From: a virus
Taxonomy: Duplodnaviria; Caudoviricetes
Strand: one strand, 5' to 3'
IMG/VR virus record: IMGVR_UViG_3300032257_000074
Coordinates: 1 to 34,674 of that record
DNA: 34,674 nt
In this document: positions 23,898-33,274 of the stretch, in pieces
Position numbering within the stretch: the first letter of the stretch is position 1
Layout: every line of letters starts with the position of its first letter
Program-made: the position numbers and the translations under genes
The notes under the pieces: model-generated
What the model saw: the letters and a program-made list of their open reading frames with translations, nothing else
What the model was told of the DNA's origin: nothing
Database searches by the model: none

Positions 23898-24737
23898 ATG
23901 GCTATAGCAAACCGCGTGAAAGAAACCACAGCCACAACCGGCACAGGTAGTTTTACAACTTCCGGCGCGGCGGCTGGATTTCAAACATTTAATACAGCTT
24001 TTGGCTTAAATGTCCGTTTTACTTATTGGGCGGTTAATGATACCGATAATGAGTGGGAAACAGGTATTGGTTATTTATCTGGCACAACCACCCTAGTAAG
24101 AGATCGTGTTCTCGATAATTCAAGCAACGGCACTACAGCTATCAGCTTCACGACTGCCCCTAGTTTATTTTGTGGCGAGAATGAGAGCACATTAACCCAC
24201 GTTGCAGAAGGGTTCGAAAATACAATAACTCATGTTTGTAGCTCAGCGACAACAGTTAGCTATGCTACAGGTACATTAGGTGCTGATTGGCTGTATCTAG
24301 TGCCGTTTAAGTATGAGCAGATTAACAGGCAAATTTCTGGAATGGTTGTAGATGTTACGGCAGCGGGAGCGGGTGGTACTATTGCCAGAATGGGTATTTA
24401 TTCCATAGGCTCAGATGGCTTGCCGAATCAATTACTAGCGGAAGGCAACGGTACTGTTAGTGTTGCGACAACAGGTTCGAAGTCTATATCATTTGCGGCT
24501 AACATAAATCTTCCGTCTGGTTGGTATTATTCAGCGATTATTTCAGATGGAACGCCAACAGTAAGAGCGCATAATAATAATATGCACATAAACCCGCTTA
24601 ATATTAGTCAATACCATTACGGACAAACCTACGCATACAAAACAATTGCTTCATTTTCCGCCATGCCTACTACGCCAATAACAGGGCTTAGTATTTCGCA
24701 GGGCAACCCACCACGACTAGCGGTAACACCAGTATGA
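23898..24737 (+). CDS. Fibre/appendage tip protein
   Basis: NRVKETTATTGTG...GFQTF...EWETGIG N-terminal module known from phage fibre proteins; C-terminal ARMGIY...GLP..LL...GWYY beta domain. Confidence 0.7.
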   Translation: MAIANRVKETTATTGTGSFTTSGAAAGFQTFNTAFGLNVRFTYWAVNDTDNEWETGIGYLSGTTTLVRDRVLDNSSNGTTAISFTTAPSLFCGENESTLTHVAEGFENTITHVCSSATTVSYATGTLGADWLYLVPFKYEQINRQISGMVVDVTAAGAGGTIARMGIYSIGSDGLPNQLLAEGNGTVSVATTGSKSISFAANINLPSGWYYSAIISDGTPTVRAHNNNMHINPLNISQYHYGQTYAYKTIASFSAMPTTPITGLSISQGNPPRLAVTPV

Positions 24738-25186
24738 TAACTTATATAGAAAAAGGCGCAGCAATGCACCAAGCGATTTTAGATGCAGGTTTTCAGGGCA
24801 TTTATGAGCATAATAACGTTTGGTTAGCGCGAGACCCATCAGAAGAGGTCGCTATTAATGCGTTTATATTAGCTTATGATGGATTACCAGCGGTTAAGAA
24901 AGAGAAGCGATTAGCTTTAAGGGATGAATACAGAAATCATTTGATTCTAATTTACCCAGACGCGGAAGAAATGACCCCCTCACATTTTGATGTGGTAGTT
25001 GACATGTGTTTTGATATATTTAGAAGCGTTATAGGTTCGTCTAGGTCGCCTAATGTTGATTGGCAGAATGTACTAGATACACGAACCGCTAGGCGCAACA
25101 TTAGAACAGAGATAAACGATTTAGCGACTATTTCAGAGGTTCAAGCCTATGATGTTGTAAATAATCCATTATGGCCTGTTATCTAG
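24734..25186 (+). CDS. Fibre assembly chaperone-like protein
   Basis: KKEKRLAL...EINDLATISEVQAYDV...W ending; follows the fibre gene. Confidence 0.55.
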   Translation: MITYIEKGAAMHQAILDAGFQGIYEHNNVWLARDPSEEVAINAFILAYDGLPAVKKEKRLALRDEYRNHLILIYPDAEEMTPSHFDVVVDMCFDIFRSVIGSSRSPNVDWQNVLDTRTARRNIRTEINDLATISEVQAYDVVNNPLWPVI

Positions 25187-25289
25187 TGTATAAAATTCTG
25201 GTACATATACACGCATGGTTTGCCAAGTTAAAATGGTGGCTACAATCTGCATTATTCTATCTAGGCTTGGGATTATGGGATAAAGGTTA

Positions 25290-25751
25290 ATGTCTTTACT
25301 AGGACAAGGTGCTTTAGGTGAATATGCGCTAGGAGAGATTGATAGTGGTGTAGTTGATACAACCGCCCCGATACTATCAAGCCCTACCGGCACAAAGACA
25401 GGTAGCACAACAGCCAGCGGTACAGTATCAACAGACGAAGGTAACGGAACGCTTTATTATCTTGCGACTGTTAATGCGAGTGAGACAGCGGCAACGATTG
25501 CAGCGGGATCAAGTCAGGCGGTAAGTGGTACAGGCTCTCAAGCAGTAACTTTTACAGGGCTAACGCCATCAACAACGTACTATGCTCACTATGTACATGA
25601 TGACGCGGCAACTAATCGCTCTAATGTGGTTAGTAGTACAAGCTTTACAACAGACGCGGCATCAAGTGGTATAATAATTAATATGGCTGGGGACGGTGGT
25701 TTAGTCGGAACTAGTGCAATCGTCGGAAATGGCGGGGGACTTGTAGGATAA
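25290..25751 (+). CDS. FN3-domain linker protein with tandem peptide repeats at both termini
   Basis: DTTAP.LS...TGLTPSTTYY...SNVVS.TSFTT; N-terminal LGQGA-LGEYA-LGE; C-terminal GGLVG-SAIVG-GGLVG. Confidence 0.65.
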   Translation: MSLLGQGALGEYALGEIDSGVVDTTAPILSSPTGTKTGSTTASGTVSTDEGNGTLYYLATVNASETAATIAAGSSQAVSGTGSQAVTFTGLTPSTTYYAHYVHDDAATNRSNVVSSTSFTTDAASSGIIINMAGDGGLVGTSAIVGNGGGLVG

Positions 25752-27463
25752 TGGCTTATTTGGGCGATTACGCGGAAGATTACGCGACACTTAATCTGAA
25801 GTTTACAACACGACAAACTACTGGTGCACCGTTTACGCTTGGCGGCACACCCGTTATCAGTGTTTATAAAGCTAATGACTTAACACAAAGCACAGCGGGT
25901 ATTACGCTAACGGCTGATTTTGATAGTGTAACAGGGCTAAACAACGTATTAATCGACTTATCAGCAGACGCATTCTATGCAGTTGGAAATGATTATCAAA
26001 TTGTTATCACTACCGGCACAGTCAATAGTGTTTCGGTAGTTGGTGAAGTGGTTGGTGAGTTCAGTATTGAGAATAGATACGATCAACAAACAGCAGACCA
26101 TACAGCCGCTTTAGCTGATATTCCAACGGTTGCAGAGTTTAATGCACGAACATTAGCGGCAGCAGATTATTTCGATCCAGCAGCCGATACGGTGGCAAAC
26201 GTAACAACCACAGCAAACCTAACAACAAACAACGATAAGACAGGATACACAGCAACACTAGCCACAACACAGCCCTCTATCACTTGGCAGCCTCAAACTA
26301 TAACGGCTGGTGATGCCATACCGAATGTAACTATAACCGGAACAGGTACAGCAGATGGATTTGTGTTTACTCGGTCTGGAGCTGGTGATCTATTTGGTAC
26401 TAACTGGACTGCTGAGATGGTGGCTGCTGCAGCTTCTGCAATTACTACCTATGCTCCAGCAACAGAGGCCAAGCAGGATATTATCGATGCTAATGTGGAT
26501 CTAGTTTTAGTAGATACAGACGCAATGAAAGGCGCTACATTCTCAGAGGCTACAGACTCACTCGAAGCAATAAGAGACAGGGGCGATACAGCATGGACAA
26601 CAGGGGCAGGCGGCACACCCCCTCAGTTATTACAAAACACAACCATTGCAACGCTATCAACACAGACAAGCTTTACGCTAACGGCTGGCAGTGCGGATAA
26701 TGACGCTTATAATAATGCAGCTATTATTATTACTGACTCAGCAACTAGCACACAGAAAGCGGTGGCGTTAGTTTCTGATTATGTTGGAGCTACTAAAACC
26801 ATTACATTATCAGCAGACCCAGCAATCTTTACAATGGCTGCTGGCGATACGGTTGATATATTAGCAAATATAGGCAGTGCGCCTACAGTAACGCAGATAA
26901 CAGCCGATATGGACGCTAACAGCACTCAATTAGCGGCGATAGTTGCAGATACTAACGAATTACAAACGGATGATGTGCCTGCTCTTATAGCAGCATTGAA
27001 TAATGTAGCAGCAACCGACATAGTGAGCGCGGGAGCAATTACAACGCTAACAGGCGCGGTTGTTAATGTTGATACAGTTGATACTTGTACAACAAATACA
27101 GATATGCGCGGTACTGATAGTGCTAACACAACAGCACCAGATAATGCAGGCATAGCCGCTATTTTAGTAGATACAGCAACAACTATACCGGCAACACTAG
27201 CAAGCCTAGCGACAGCGGCAAGTTTAGCTTCTGTAGATGGTAAGATTGATACGATAGATGCTCTAGTTGATGCAATTCTAGTTGACACTGGCACAGATAT
27301 ACCGGCATTAATAACAACGCTTGATACAGTGGCAGACGCTATTAAAGTTAAAACAGATCAACTAACATTTACGAAAGCAAACGAGCTAGACGCTAACGCG
27401 CAATCAGTGAACGGTGTGACGCTTACAGGTGATGGAAGTACCACACCTTTTGATGTGGTTTAA
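25751..27463 (+). CDS. 570-aa Thr/Ala/Asp-rich fibre shaft protein
   Basis: Recurring AILVDT/AIVADT helical repeats between beta domains; almost no Lys/Arg. Confidence 0.7.
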   Translation: MAYLGDYAEDYATLNLKFTTRQTTGAPFTLGGTPVISVYKANDLTQSTAGITLTADFDSVTGLNNVLIDLSADAFYAVGNDYQIVITTGTVNSVSVVGEVVGEFSIENRYDQQTADHTAALADIPTVAEFNARTLAAADYFDPAADTVANVTTTANLTTNNDKTGYTATLATTQPSITWQPQTITAGDAIPNVTITGTGTADGFVFTRSGAGDLFGTNWTAEMVAAAASAITTYAPATEAKQDIIDANVDLVLVDTDAMKGATFSEATDSLEAIRDRGDTAWTTGAGGTPPQLLQNTTIATLSTQTSFTLTAGSADNDAYNNAAIIITDSATSTQKAVALVSDYVGATKTITLSADPAIFTMAAGDTVDILANIGSAPTVTQITADMDANSTQLAAIVADTNELQTDDVPALIAALNNVAATDIVSAGAITTLTGAVVNVDTVDTCTTNTDMRGTDSANTTAPDNAGIAAILVDTATTIPATLASLATAASLASVDGKIDTIDALVDAILVDTGTDIPALITTLDTVADAIKVKTDQLTFTKANELDANAQSVNGVTLTGDGSTTPFDVV

Positions 27464-27466
27464 TAA

Positions 27467-27697
27467 ATGAGCTTATCGGTCGCCGGTGTTTGGCAAGTAG
27501 GTGTCTGGGATCAAACAGTATGGTCGGATGGTGTTTGGCGTGAAGGCGCACCAACAACACCAACTGCGCCTGATAGCGAAGGGCTTGAATACACACTCAA
27601 AGGGAATAGGGCGCATTTTATATTTAATGAAAATGTGACACAATACACCATAGATACTAACCGGCTGCATTATAGTTTTGATGATGAGGATTTATGA
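27467..27697 (+). CDS. 76-aa bipartite repeat linker protein
   Basis: (xxxVW)x4, PTTPTAP spacer, then four 9-residue repeats. Confidence 0.7.
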   Translation: MSLSVAGVWQVGVWDQTVWSDGVWREGAPTTPTAPDSEGLEYTLKGNRAHFIFNENVTQYTIDTNRLHYSFDDEDL

Positions 27698-28035
27698 GCA
27701 AAGCCACTAGCACAGAACAAAAAACAGCAGGCGAAGCCCGCAATATCTCGATAAGGTTTAGCGAGTTGTTAGACGATGGCGAACTATTAACGGGTACGCC
27801 TACTATTTTAGAGCTGGTTAGCTCAGACTTAACGATCAGCAGCAAAGCGGTATCAACAGCCATTAGAACTATTAACGGCGTATCTACTCCTATAGGCGAG
27901 GCTGTGCAATGCTCTATAACAGGTGGAACGGCGGGTATTACTTACGAGGTGCAAATAGTGGCGGCTACTGATTCAACGCCCGCTCAATCGCTCTATGGTA
28001 ATATAAAATTAAAAGTAGTGGCAGACACAGAATGA
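27694..28035 (+). CDS. Fibre adaptor-like protein (Gp77-like Ig fold)
   Basis: K.AGE.RN.SIRFS..L..GE.L...ITGGTAGITYEV...I.LKV pattern. Confidence 0.6.
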   Translation: MSKATSTEQKTAGEARNISIRFSELLDDGELLTGTPTILELVSSDLTISSKAVSTAIRTINGVSTPIGEAVQCSITGGTAGITYEVQIVAATDSTPAQSLYGNIKLKVVADTE

Positions 28036-28158
28036 TTATAAGAGAAGGCATAATAGGTGATTTAAAAGGATTGAAAATAATCGAATCAAACGCGCCTATG
28101 AAGCATAAACAGGCAGTAATCTATAACAAAGTAATAACTATGTTAAGGGTTGTTAATA

Positions 28159-28335
28159 TTGGCTCGAATATACGACTTTAATGCGTATAAGAAAGAGCGT
28201 GATTTAGTCGCGTTAGAGGCTGAATGTGCCGATTTTAAGCATTTCTTCACAGCCTACATGAATCAGATATACAGTGATGATGATGGTATTAACGCACAGA
28301 TAGAGTTTGAGCTGATACCAGATGACGAATTGTAA
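28159..28335 (+). CDS. Small acidic hypothetical protein
   Basis: TTG start after AAGGG; ARIYDFNAYKKER. Confidence 0.55.
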   Translation: MARIYDFNAYKKERDLVALEAECADFKHFFTAYMNQIYSDDDGINAQIEFELIPDDEL

Positions 28336-28452
28336 ATAAGCACCACTTAGGGGGTGATTTAGTCTGTTTTACCGGAGCATTACCCGACAAATAGGCAAAG
28401 GATTGCCGCTTATTAATTTATTAACTTAGTCTGTGACTAGGGAGTATAGCCG

Positions 28453-28860
28453 GTGGCTACAGCAGGACAACCGACAAAATATAATGAGTCTATGCTTGAG
28501 AAAGCATTAGATTATATAAAGAATTACGCAGACTATGATGACGTGATACCAAGCGTTGCGGGTTTAGCGGTTGCGTTAGAGGTATCTAAAAAGACGCTTT
28601 ATAACTGGTCAGAAGTGCCGGAAAATATCAAATTCTTACACGCGTTAGAGAAATTAAGCACGAATCAAGAAAATAAATTATTAAATGGCGGCCTATCTGG
28701 TAGATTTAACCCTGCTATAACTAAATTAATTATGTACAATCACGGCTACACAGGGCAACCAAAAGAGCCAGATAGTGATGATGAGTCGCCACCATTAGAA
28801 ATCTCATTTAATGTTAAAGAGCCGGTCACTGAAATAAAAGTGACAAATGCTAAGTCTTAA
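28453..28860 (+). CDS. terS: Terminase small subunit
   Basis: GQPTKY, IPSVAGLA..L.VSKKTLYNW, GGLSGRFNPAITKL; precedes terL. Confidence 0.85.
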   Translation: MATAGQPTKYNESMLEKALDYIKNYADYDDVIPSVAGLAVALEVSKKTLYNWSEVPENIKFLHALEKLSTNQENKLLNGGLSGRFNPAITKLIMYNHGYTGQPKEPDSDDESPPLEISFNVKEPVTEIKVTNAKS

Positions 28861-30091
28861 CGCTCCTCAAGATATATTCTTAAATAAACTAGGCACTAAA
28901 TATAGGGCTTTTGTTGGTGGGTTCGGTAGCTCTAAGACCTTTAGCGGGTGCTTAGACTTATTAATATTCGCTGGTAACAATCCAAAGACAAGACAGGGTT
29001 ATTTCGCGCCCACCTATTCAGACATAAAAGACATTTTTTTCCCGACCATAGAAGAAGCCGCCCACATGATGGGCTATACGGTTGATATTAAAATTGGCAA
29101 TAAAGAAGTGCATTTATATAGAGGCCGATTGTATTACGGAACGATTATATGCCGCTCTATGGATAACCCGTCATCAATAGTAGGCTTTAAGATAGCCCGC
29201 GCCTTAGTTGATGAGATAGATATATTGGCAAAGGATAAAGCTAATTTAGCATGGAATAAGATTGTGGCTAGATTAAGGCTTAAAATTGATGGCGTAGAAA
29301 ACGGCATAAGTGTTACAACGACACCAGAGGGCTTTAAATTCGTTTATTCTAAATTTGCGGAAGAGCCCACCGCGTCTTATTCAATGGTTCAGGCTTCAAC
29401 TTATGAAAATGCAGAGTTCTTGCCTGATGACTACATTGAAACATTAATAGAGACATATCCAGATGAGTTAATTAATGCTTATATTAACGGTGAGTTTGTC
29501 AACTTAACATCTGGCACTGTTTACAATGCTTATAATCGAATCACTCACAGATCAGCCGAAACCATACAAGAAAAAGAGCCGCTACGCATAGGTATGGATT
29601 TTAATGTTACAAACATGTCAGCGGTGGTTTATGTTATGCGCGGTAAAGAGTGGCACGCTGTAGACGAATTAAAAGGCATTTATGATACGCCCGCTATGAT
29701 TGATGTTATTAAGGAAAGATACCCAGAACACAATATTCGTATTTATCCCGATGCCAGTGGTAAGAATAGAAAATCAGTTAATGCCTCTACATCAGATATA
29801 GCATTATTGGAGGACGCTAAGCTTTCAGTCTATGCTAATAAAGCTAATCCCTATGTCAAAGATAGGGTCATGGCAACGAATAAGGCGTTTTCTAGCGGTT
29901 TACTATTCATTAATGATACAATATGCCCAGAGTATTCGCGTTGCATGGAGCAACTGGCCTACGACAAAAACGGCGAACCGGATAAGTCCAGTAATATAGA
30001 TCATTTGCCGGACGCGGGTACTTATCCAATTGCATTCGAGTTGCCGGTGGTTAAACCCGTTGCTAATCTAAATATAAAGTTTGCAAGGTAA
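28847..30091 (+). CDS. terL: Terminase large subunit
   Basis: GGFGSSKT Walker A, ALVDE Walker B, TTTPEG, IGMDFN, DHLPDA. Confidence 0.95.
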   Translation: MLSLNAPQDIFLNKLGTKYRAFVGGFGSSKTFSGCLDLLIFAGNNPKTRQGYFAPTYSDIKDIFFPTIEEAAHMMGYTVDIKIGNKEVHLYRGRLYYGTIICRSMDNPSSIVGFKIARALVDEIDILAKDKANLAWNKIVARLRLKIDGVENGISVTTTPEGFKFVYSKFAEEPTASYSMVQASTYENAEFLPDDYIETLIETYPDELINAYINGEFVNLTSGTVYNAYNRITHRSAETIQEKEPLRIGMDFNVTNMSAVVYVMRGKEWHAVDELKGIYDTPAMIDVIKERYPEHNIRIYPDASGKNRKSVNASTSDIALLEDAKLSVYANKANPYVKDRVMATNKAFSSGLLFINDTICPEYSRCMEQLAYDKNGEPDKSSNIDHLPDAGTYPIAFELPVVKPVANLNIKFAR

Positions 30092-30097
30092 CAAAAT

Positions 30098-31507
30098 ATG
30101 CCAGTATCCGATACCCACCCAGAATATGATGATTCAGTTTCTAAATGGCAGCTAGTCGGTGATTGTGTTGCCGGTTCAAAGGCCGTTAAAAAAAGAGACT
30201 CAGGCAAAGCTTATTTGCCAATGCCTAACGAGATAGACCAAAGCCAAAACAATAAGAACAGATATAAGGCTTATTTAAAAAGATCTAATTTTGTAAACTT
30301 CACGGCGTTTGCAAAAAAGTCACTAACTGGGATGGTTTTTAGAAAGCCTATGGTTTGTGACCTACCAAGCAGAATAGATTATCTAAAAGATAATGCTAAT
30401 GGTGGTGGATTATCTTTAGAGCAGGTCATTAGGAGCGTATTAGGCGAGACATTAGAGGCCGCTAGATTTGGTTTATTAACGGACTATCCAAAAGTTGAGG
30501 AAAATCAGACCAAGGCACAGACAGACCAGATACAGGCCAATATTTTAAGCTATAACGCTTCATCCATTTTAAATTGGCGCACAACTGTTATAAATGGGTT
30601 ATCTAAGTTATCGCTAGTGGTTTTGCATGAGCCTAGACAAGAGCTGTCTGACGATGGTTTTAGCTATGAGTCAGTGGATAATTATAGGGTGTTGCGATTA
30701 ATAAACGGCATTTATACTGTTGAGCTATATGACGAAGATGAAGAGATATATGACACTTTCCAACCAACTAAAAGCAACGGCTCTAAGTGGGATATTATAC
30801 CATTCACATTTGTCGGCGCTCAAAACAACGATCCGCAAATAGATGACGCGCCGCTTTATGATTTGGCTGAAATTAATCTAGCGCATTATCGCAATAGTGC
30901 TGATTATGAAGAAAGTTGTTTTCTAGTTGGTCAGCCGACACCTATTATCGCCGGATTAACCCAGCCGTGGGTTAATGAAAACTTTAAAGACGGTTTAACG
31001 CTTGGCTCATTAGGGATGATTCCATTACCAGAGGGCGGGAGTGCTTCGCTATTACAAGCCGCGCCTAATCAAATGCCTTTAGAGGGAATGAAGAACAAAG
31101 AGCTACAAATGGCTATGATAGGCGCTCGAATCATACAAGATAAAGCAGGGGTTGAAGCCTCTGCAACGGTTAAAATGCGCTTATCTGGTCAAACATCAGA
31201 ATTGGCGGCCTTAGTGGGTAATGTTGAGAGCGGTATTAAATTAGCCATTGAATGGGTTGGCGTGTTTATGGGTACAGAGGGTGCTACAGAACTGGCTCTT
31301 AATACAGAATTTTATGATAGTTCGCTGGATGCCCCTCAAGTTATGGCCTTGATACAATTAGCCGACCGTGGTGATATTTCTCAGGAAGATATGAGAAACA
31401 ACTTGAGAAAAGCGGCATGGATTGAAGCAGACAAGACAGATGAGGAAATAGACGCGGAGCTGGACAATATTAGACTTAGTTTAGTTGATAACAATAACGC
31501 GCCTTGA
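30098..31507 (+). CDS. Portal protein (DUF4055-type)
   Basis: HPEY, YLP, Y..YL.R..F.N, IPFTF.G, PLYDLAEINLAHYRNSADYE. Confidence 0.9.
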   Translation: MPVSDTHPEYDDSVSKWQLVGDCVAGSKAVKKRDSGKAYLPMPNEIDQSQNNKNRYKAYLKRSNFVNFTAFAKKSLTGMVFRKPMVCDLPSRIDYLKDNANGGGLSLEQVIRSVLGETLEAARFGLLTDYPKVEENQTKAQTDQIQANILSYNASSILNWRTTVINGLSKLSLVVLHEPRQELSDDGFSYESVDNYRVLRLINGIYTVELYDEDEEIYDTFQPTKSNGSKWDIIPFTFVGAQNNDPQIDDAPLYDLAEINLAHYRNSADYEESCFLVGQPTPIIAGLTQPWVNENFKDGLTLGSLGMIPLPEGGSASLLQAAPNQMPLEGMKNKELQMAMIGARIIQDKAGVEASATVKMRLSGQTSELAALVGNVESGIKLAIEWVGVFMGTEGATELALNTEFYDSSLDAPQVMALIQLADRGDISQEDMRNNLRKAAWIEADKTDEEIDAELDNIRLSLVDNNNAP

Positions 31508-32550
31508 GTACTAACACCTTTTTGATTGATGGTCTAACACGCCATCAGATTTATTTGCAAAGACATAGCGCGGGCGTAATTAATGATTTAATGCCCTACC
31601 TTGAATCAATGCTAAACGATGTTAACGCCTTAATCGCTCAAGCGGGTGCTACTAACTTTCAAGCGGCTAGGATGCAAGCTTTAAAAGCTGATATTACCTT
31701 ATCCATTGCAGCGGCTAATAGGGCTATGGGTAGTCAATTAAAATCTCAGATGCTTGATCTAGCAGAATATGAGGCGGGATTCACGCAGCGCCTAATTACA
31801 GCAGCGACAACATTTGAGGCGACAGGCGTAAACCTAGGGGTTTTAGCGGCGGCGGTTCAAGATACTAAAATGTCATTAATTAGCAATGGCAAGATAGCAA
31901 ATATAACACCCTCTCGAGCGGTGGCTCAATTCGCTAAATCAACTAGCACATCAATAAACAATATTATTACTACTGGCATAGTGGAAGGGAAAACAACGCT
32001 ACAAATACAAGCAGAAGTTTCTAGGGTCGTTACCAATAGAACACCATCACAAGCAAGCGCCTTAATAAATACAATAGCTAATCACACATCAACACAAGCC
32101 AGAAATGCGCTATATGCTGAAAATTCAGACGTTATTGATAAAGAAAGATTTGTAGCCACGTTGGATAGCCGTACCTCTATAACGTGCGCGGGGTTTGATG
32201 GTCGTCTATTTGATATTGGTCGTGGCGCCATGCCTGCATTGCATTTTAATTGTAGATCAATTCGGGTGCCTGTTATTAATCCAGCTTTTACCATTGCAAA
32301 CCTTAACGGTAAACGGCCTTCAATTGGTTCAGGTGGTGTTAAAGGTGTGGGTGGAAATACAACATACGGCGGGTGGTTAAAAAACCAGCCTGCAAGCTTT
32401 CAGGACGAGATACTAGGAAACGACAGAGGGGCGCTGTTTAGGCGTGGTGGTTTGTCTATAGATCAATTCAGTGATGATAGCGGTATTAGTTACACACTAA
32501 AAGAATTAAGGGGTTTAGAGCCTCATGCTTTTGAATTAGCGGGTTTATAA
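31504..32550 (+). CDS. Minor head protein (SPP1 gp7 / Mu F-like)
   Basis: VATLDSRTS..C...DG, P.LHFNCRS, TTYGGWLK.QP..FQDEILG. Confidence 0.9.
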   Translation: MSTNTFLIDGLTRHQIYLQRHSAGVINDLMPYLESMLNDVNALIAQAGATNFQAARMQALKADITLSIAAANRAMGSQLKSQMLDLAEYEAGFTQRLITAATTFEATGVNLGVLAAAVQDTKMSLISNGKIANITPSRAVAQFAKSTSTSINNIITTGIVEGKTTLQIQAEVSRVVTNRTPSQASALINTIANHTSTQARNALYAENSDVIDKERFVATLDSRTSITCAGFDGRLFDIGRGAMPALHFNCRSIRVPVINPAFTIANLNGKRPSIGSGGVKGVGGNTTYGGWLKNQPASFQDEILGNDRGALFRRGGLSIDQFSDDSGISYTLKELRGLEPHAFELAGL

Positions 32551-32569
32551 TACTTAATATGTTAGTAAG

Positions 32570-32599
32570 TTGTGAATATGTTAATAACTTTGATATAAT
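32570..32599 (+). promoter_or_regulatory. Promoter for the scaffold-capsid operon
   Basis: TTGTGA-18 nt-TATAAT with TG extension at 32591. Confidence 0.65.
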
Positions 32600-32649
32600 C
32601 AGTGCATATCCTGTGGATAAGTAAACGGTCTGTGACCAAGAGAAAGAAA

Positions 32650-33261
32650 ATGCCAGAAATTACAGAAGAAGAACTAACCGCGCTCAATGAAGCGGCTGCA
32701 AAAGTAGCGGATTTACAAGAGCAGTTTGATAAAGTTTTAGCTAAGAAAGAAGAGCTTTTAACCGAGACTAAGCAGGCGAAAGAAAAACAGCGCCTAGCTG
32801 ATGAGCAGGCTAGATTAGATCAAGAAGAGCTGGCAAAGAAAAAAGGCGATTATGAGCAGTTACATAAGTCGGCTATGTCAGAAAATGAAAAGCTAAAAGA
32901 AGCTATTCAAGAGCGTGATACTCGAGATGCTAAAAACGCTGTAGAATCAACAGCAATGAAGTTATCTATTAGCGTAGCAGATGGCGATAACGCTGAAATG
33001 CTGAGCAGATTTGTAGCTGATAGGCTTCAATATGCTGATGGTGGTGTCAAGGTACTTGATAAAGATGGTCAATTAACCATATCAACACTTGACCAACTAA
33101 AAGAAGAGATTATAAGTGATTCGCGTTTTGCGGCGTTGCTTAAAGGCAATCAATCATCTGGTGGTGGTGCTACTGGTGGATCAAATAGCGGCGGTGCTGC
33201 AAATAGTAATAAAACTCAAACCAGTACCCAACGCATAGCCGAGGGTCTTAAAGAACTATAA
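32650..33261 (+). CDS. Capsid scaffolding protein
   Basis: Coiled coil plus Gly/Ser-rich tail, directly before the major capsid gene; likely start MPEITEEE. Confidence 0.85.
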   Translation: MPEITEEELTALNEAAAKVADLQEQFDKVLAKKEELLTETKQAKEKQRLADEQARLDQEELAKKKGDYEQLHKSAMSENEKLKEAIQERDTRDAKNAVESTAMKLSISVADGDNAEMLSRFVADRLQYADGGVKVLDKDGQLTISTLDQLKEEIISDSRFAALLKGNQSSGGGATGGSNSGGAANSNKTQTSTQRIAEGLKEL

Positions 33262-33274
33262 GGATGATTAAATC

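Noticed and set aside
28032-28181. 49-aa ORF with a capsid-like GIIGDLKGLKIIESN segment
   Set aside because: It may be a real small gene (ATGA overlap), but the resemblance is too short to support a call
16129-32380. Minus-strand and nested ORFs in the rightward arm (e.g. 18404-18938, 19062-19289, 21554-22101, 26926-27294, 32082-32380)
   Set aside because: Antisense to or nested in conserved genes; no independent support
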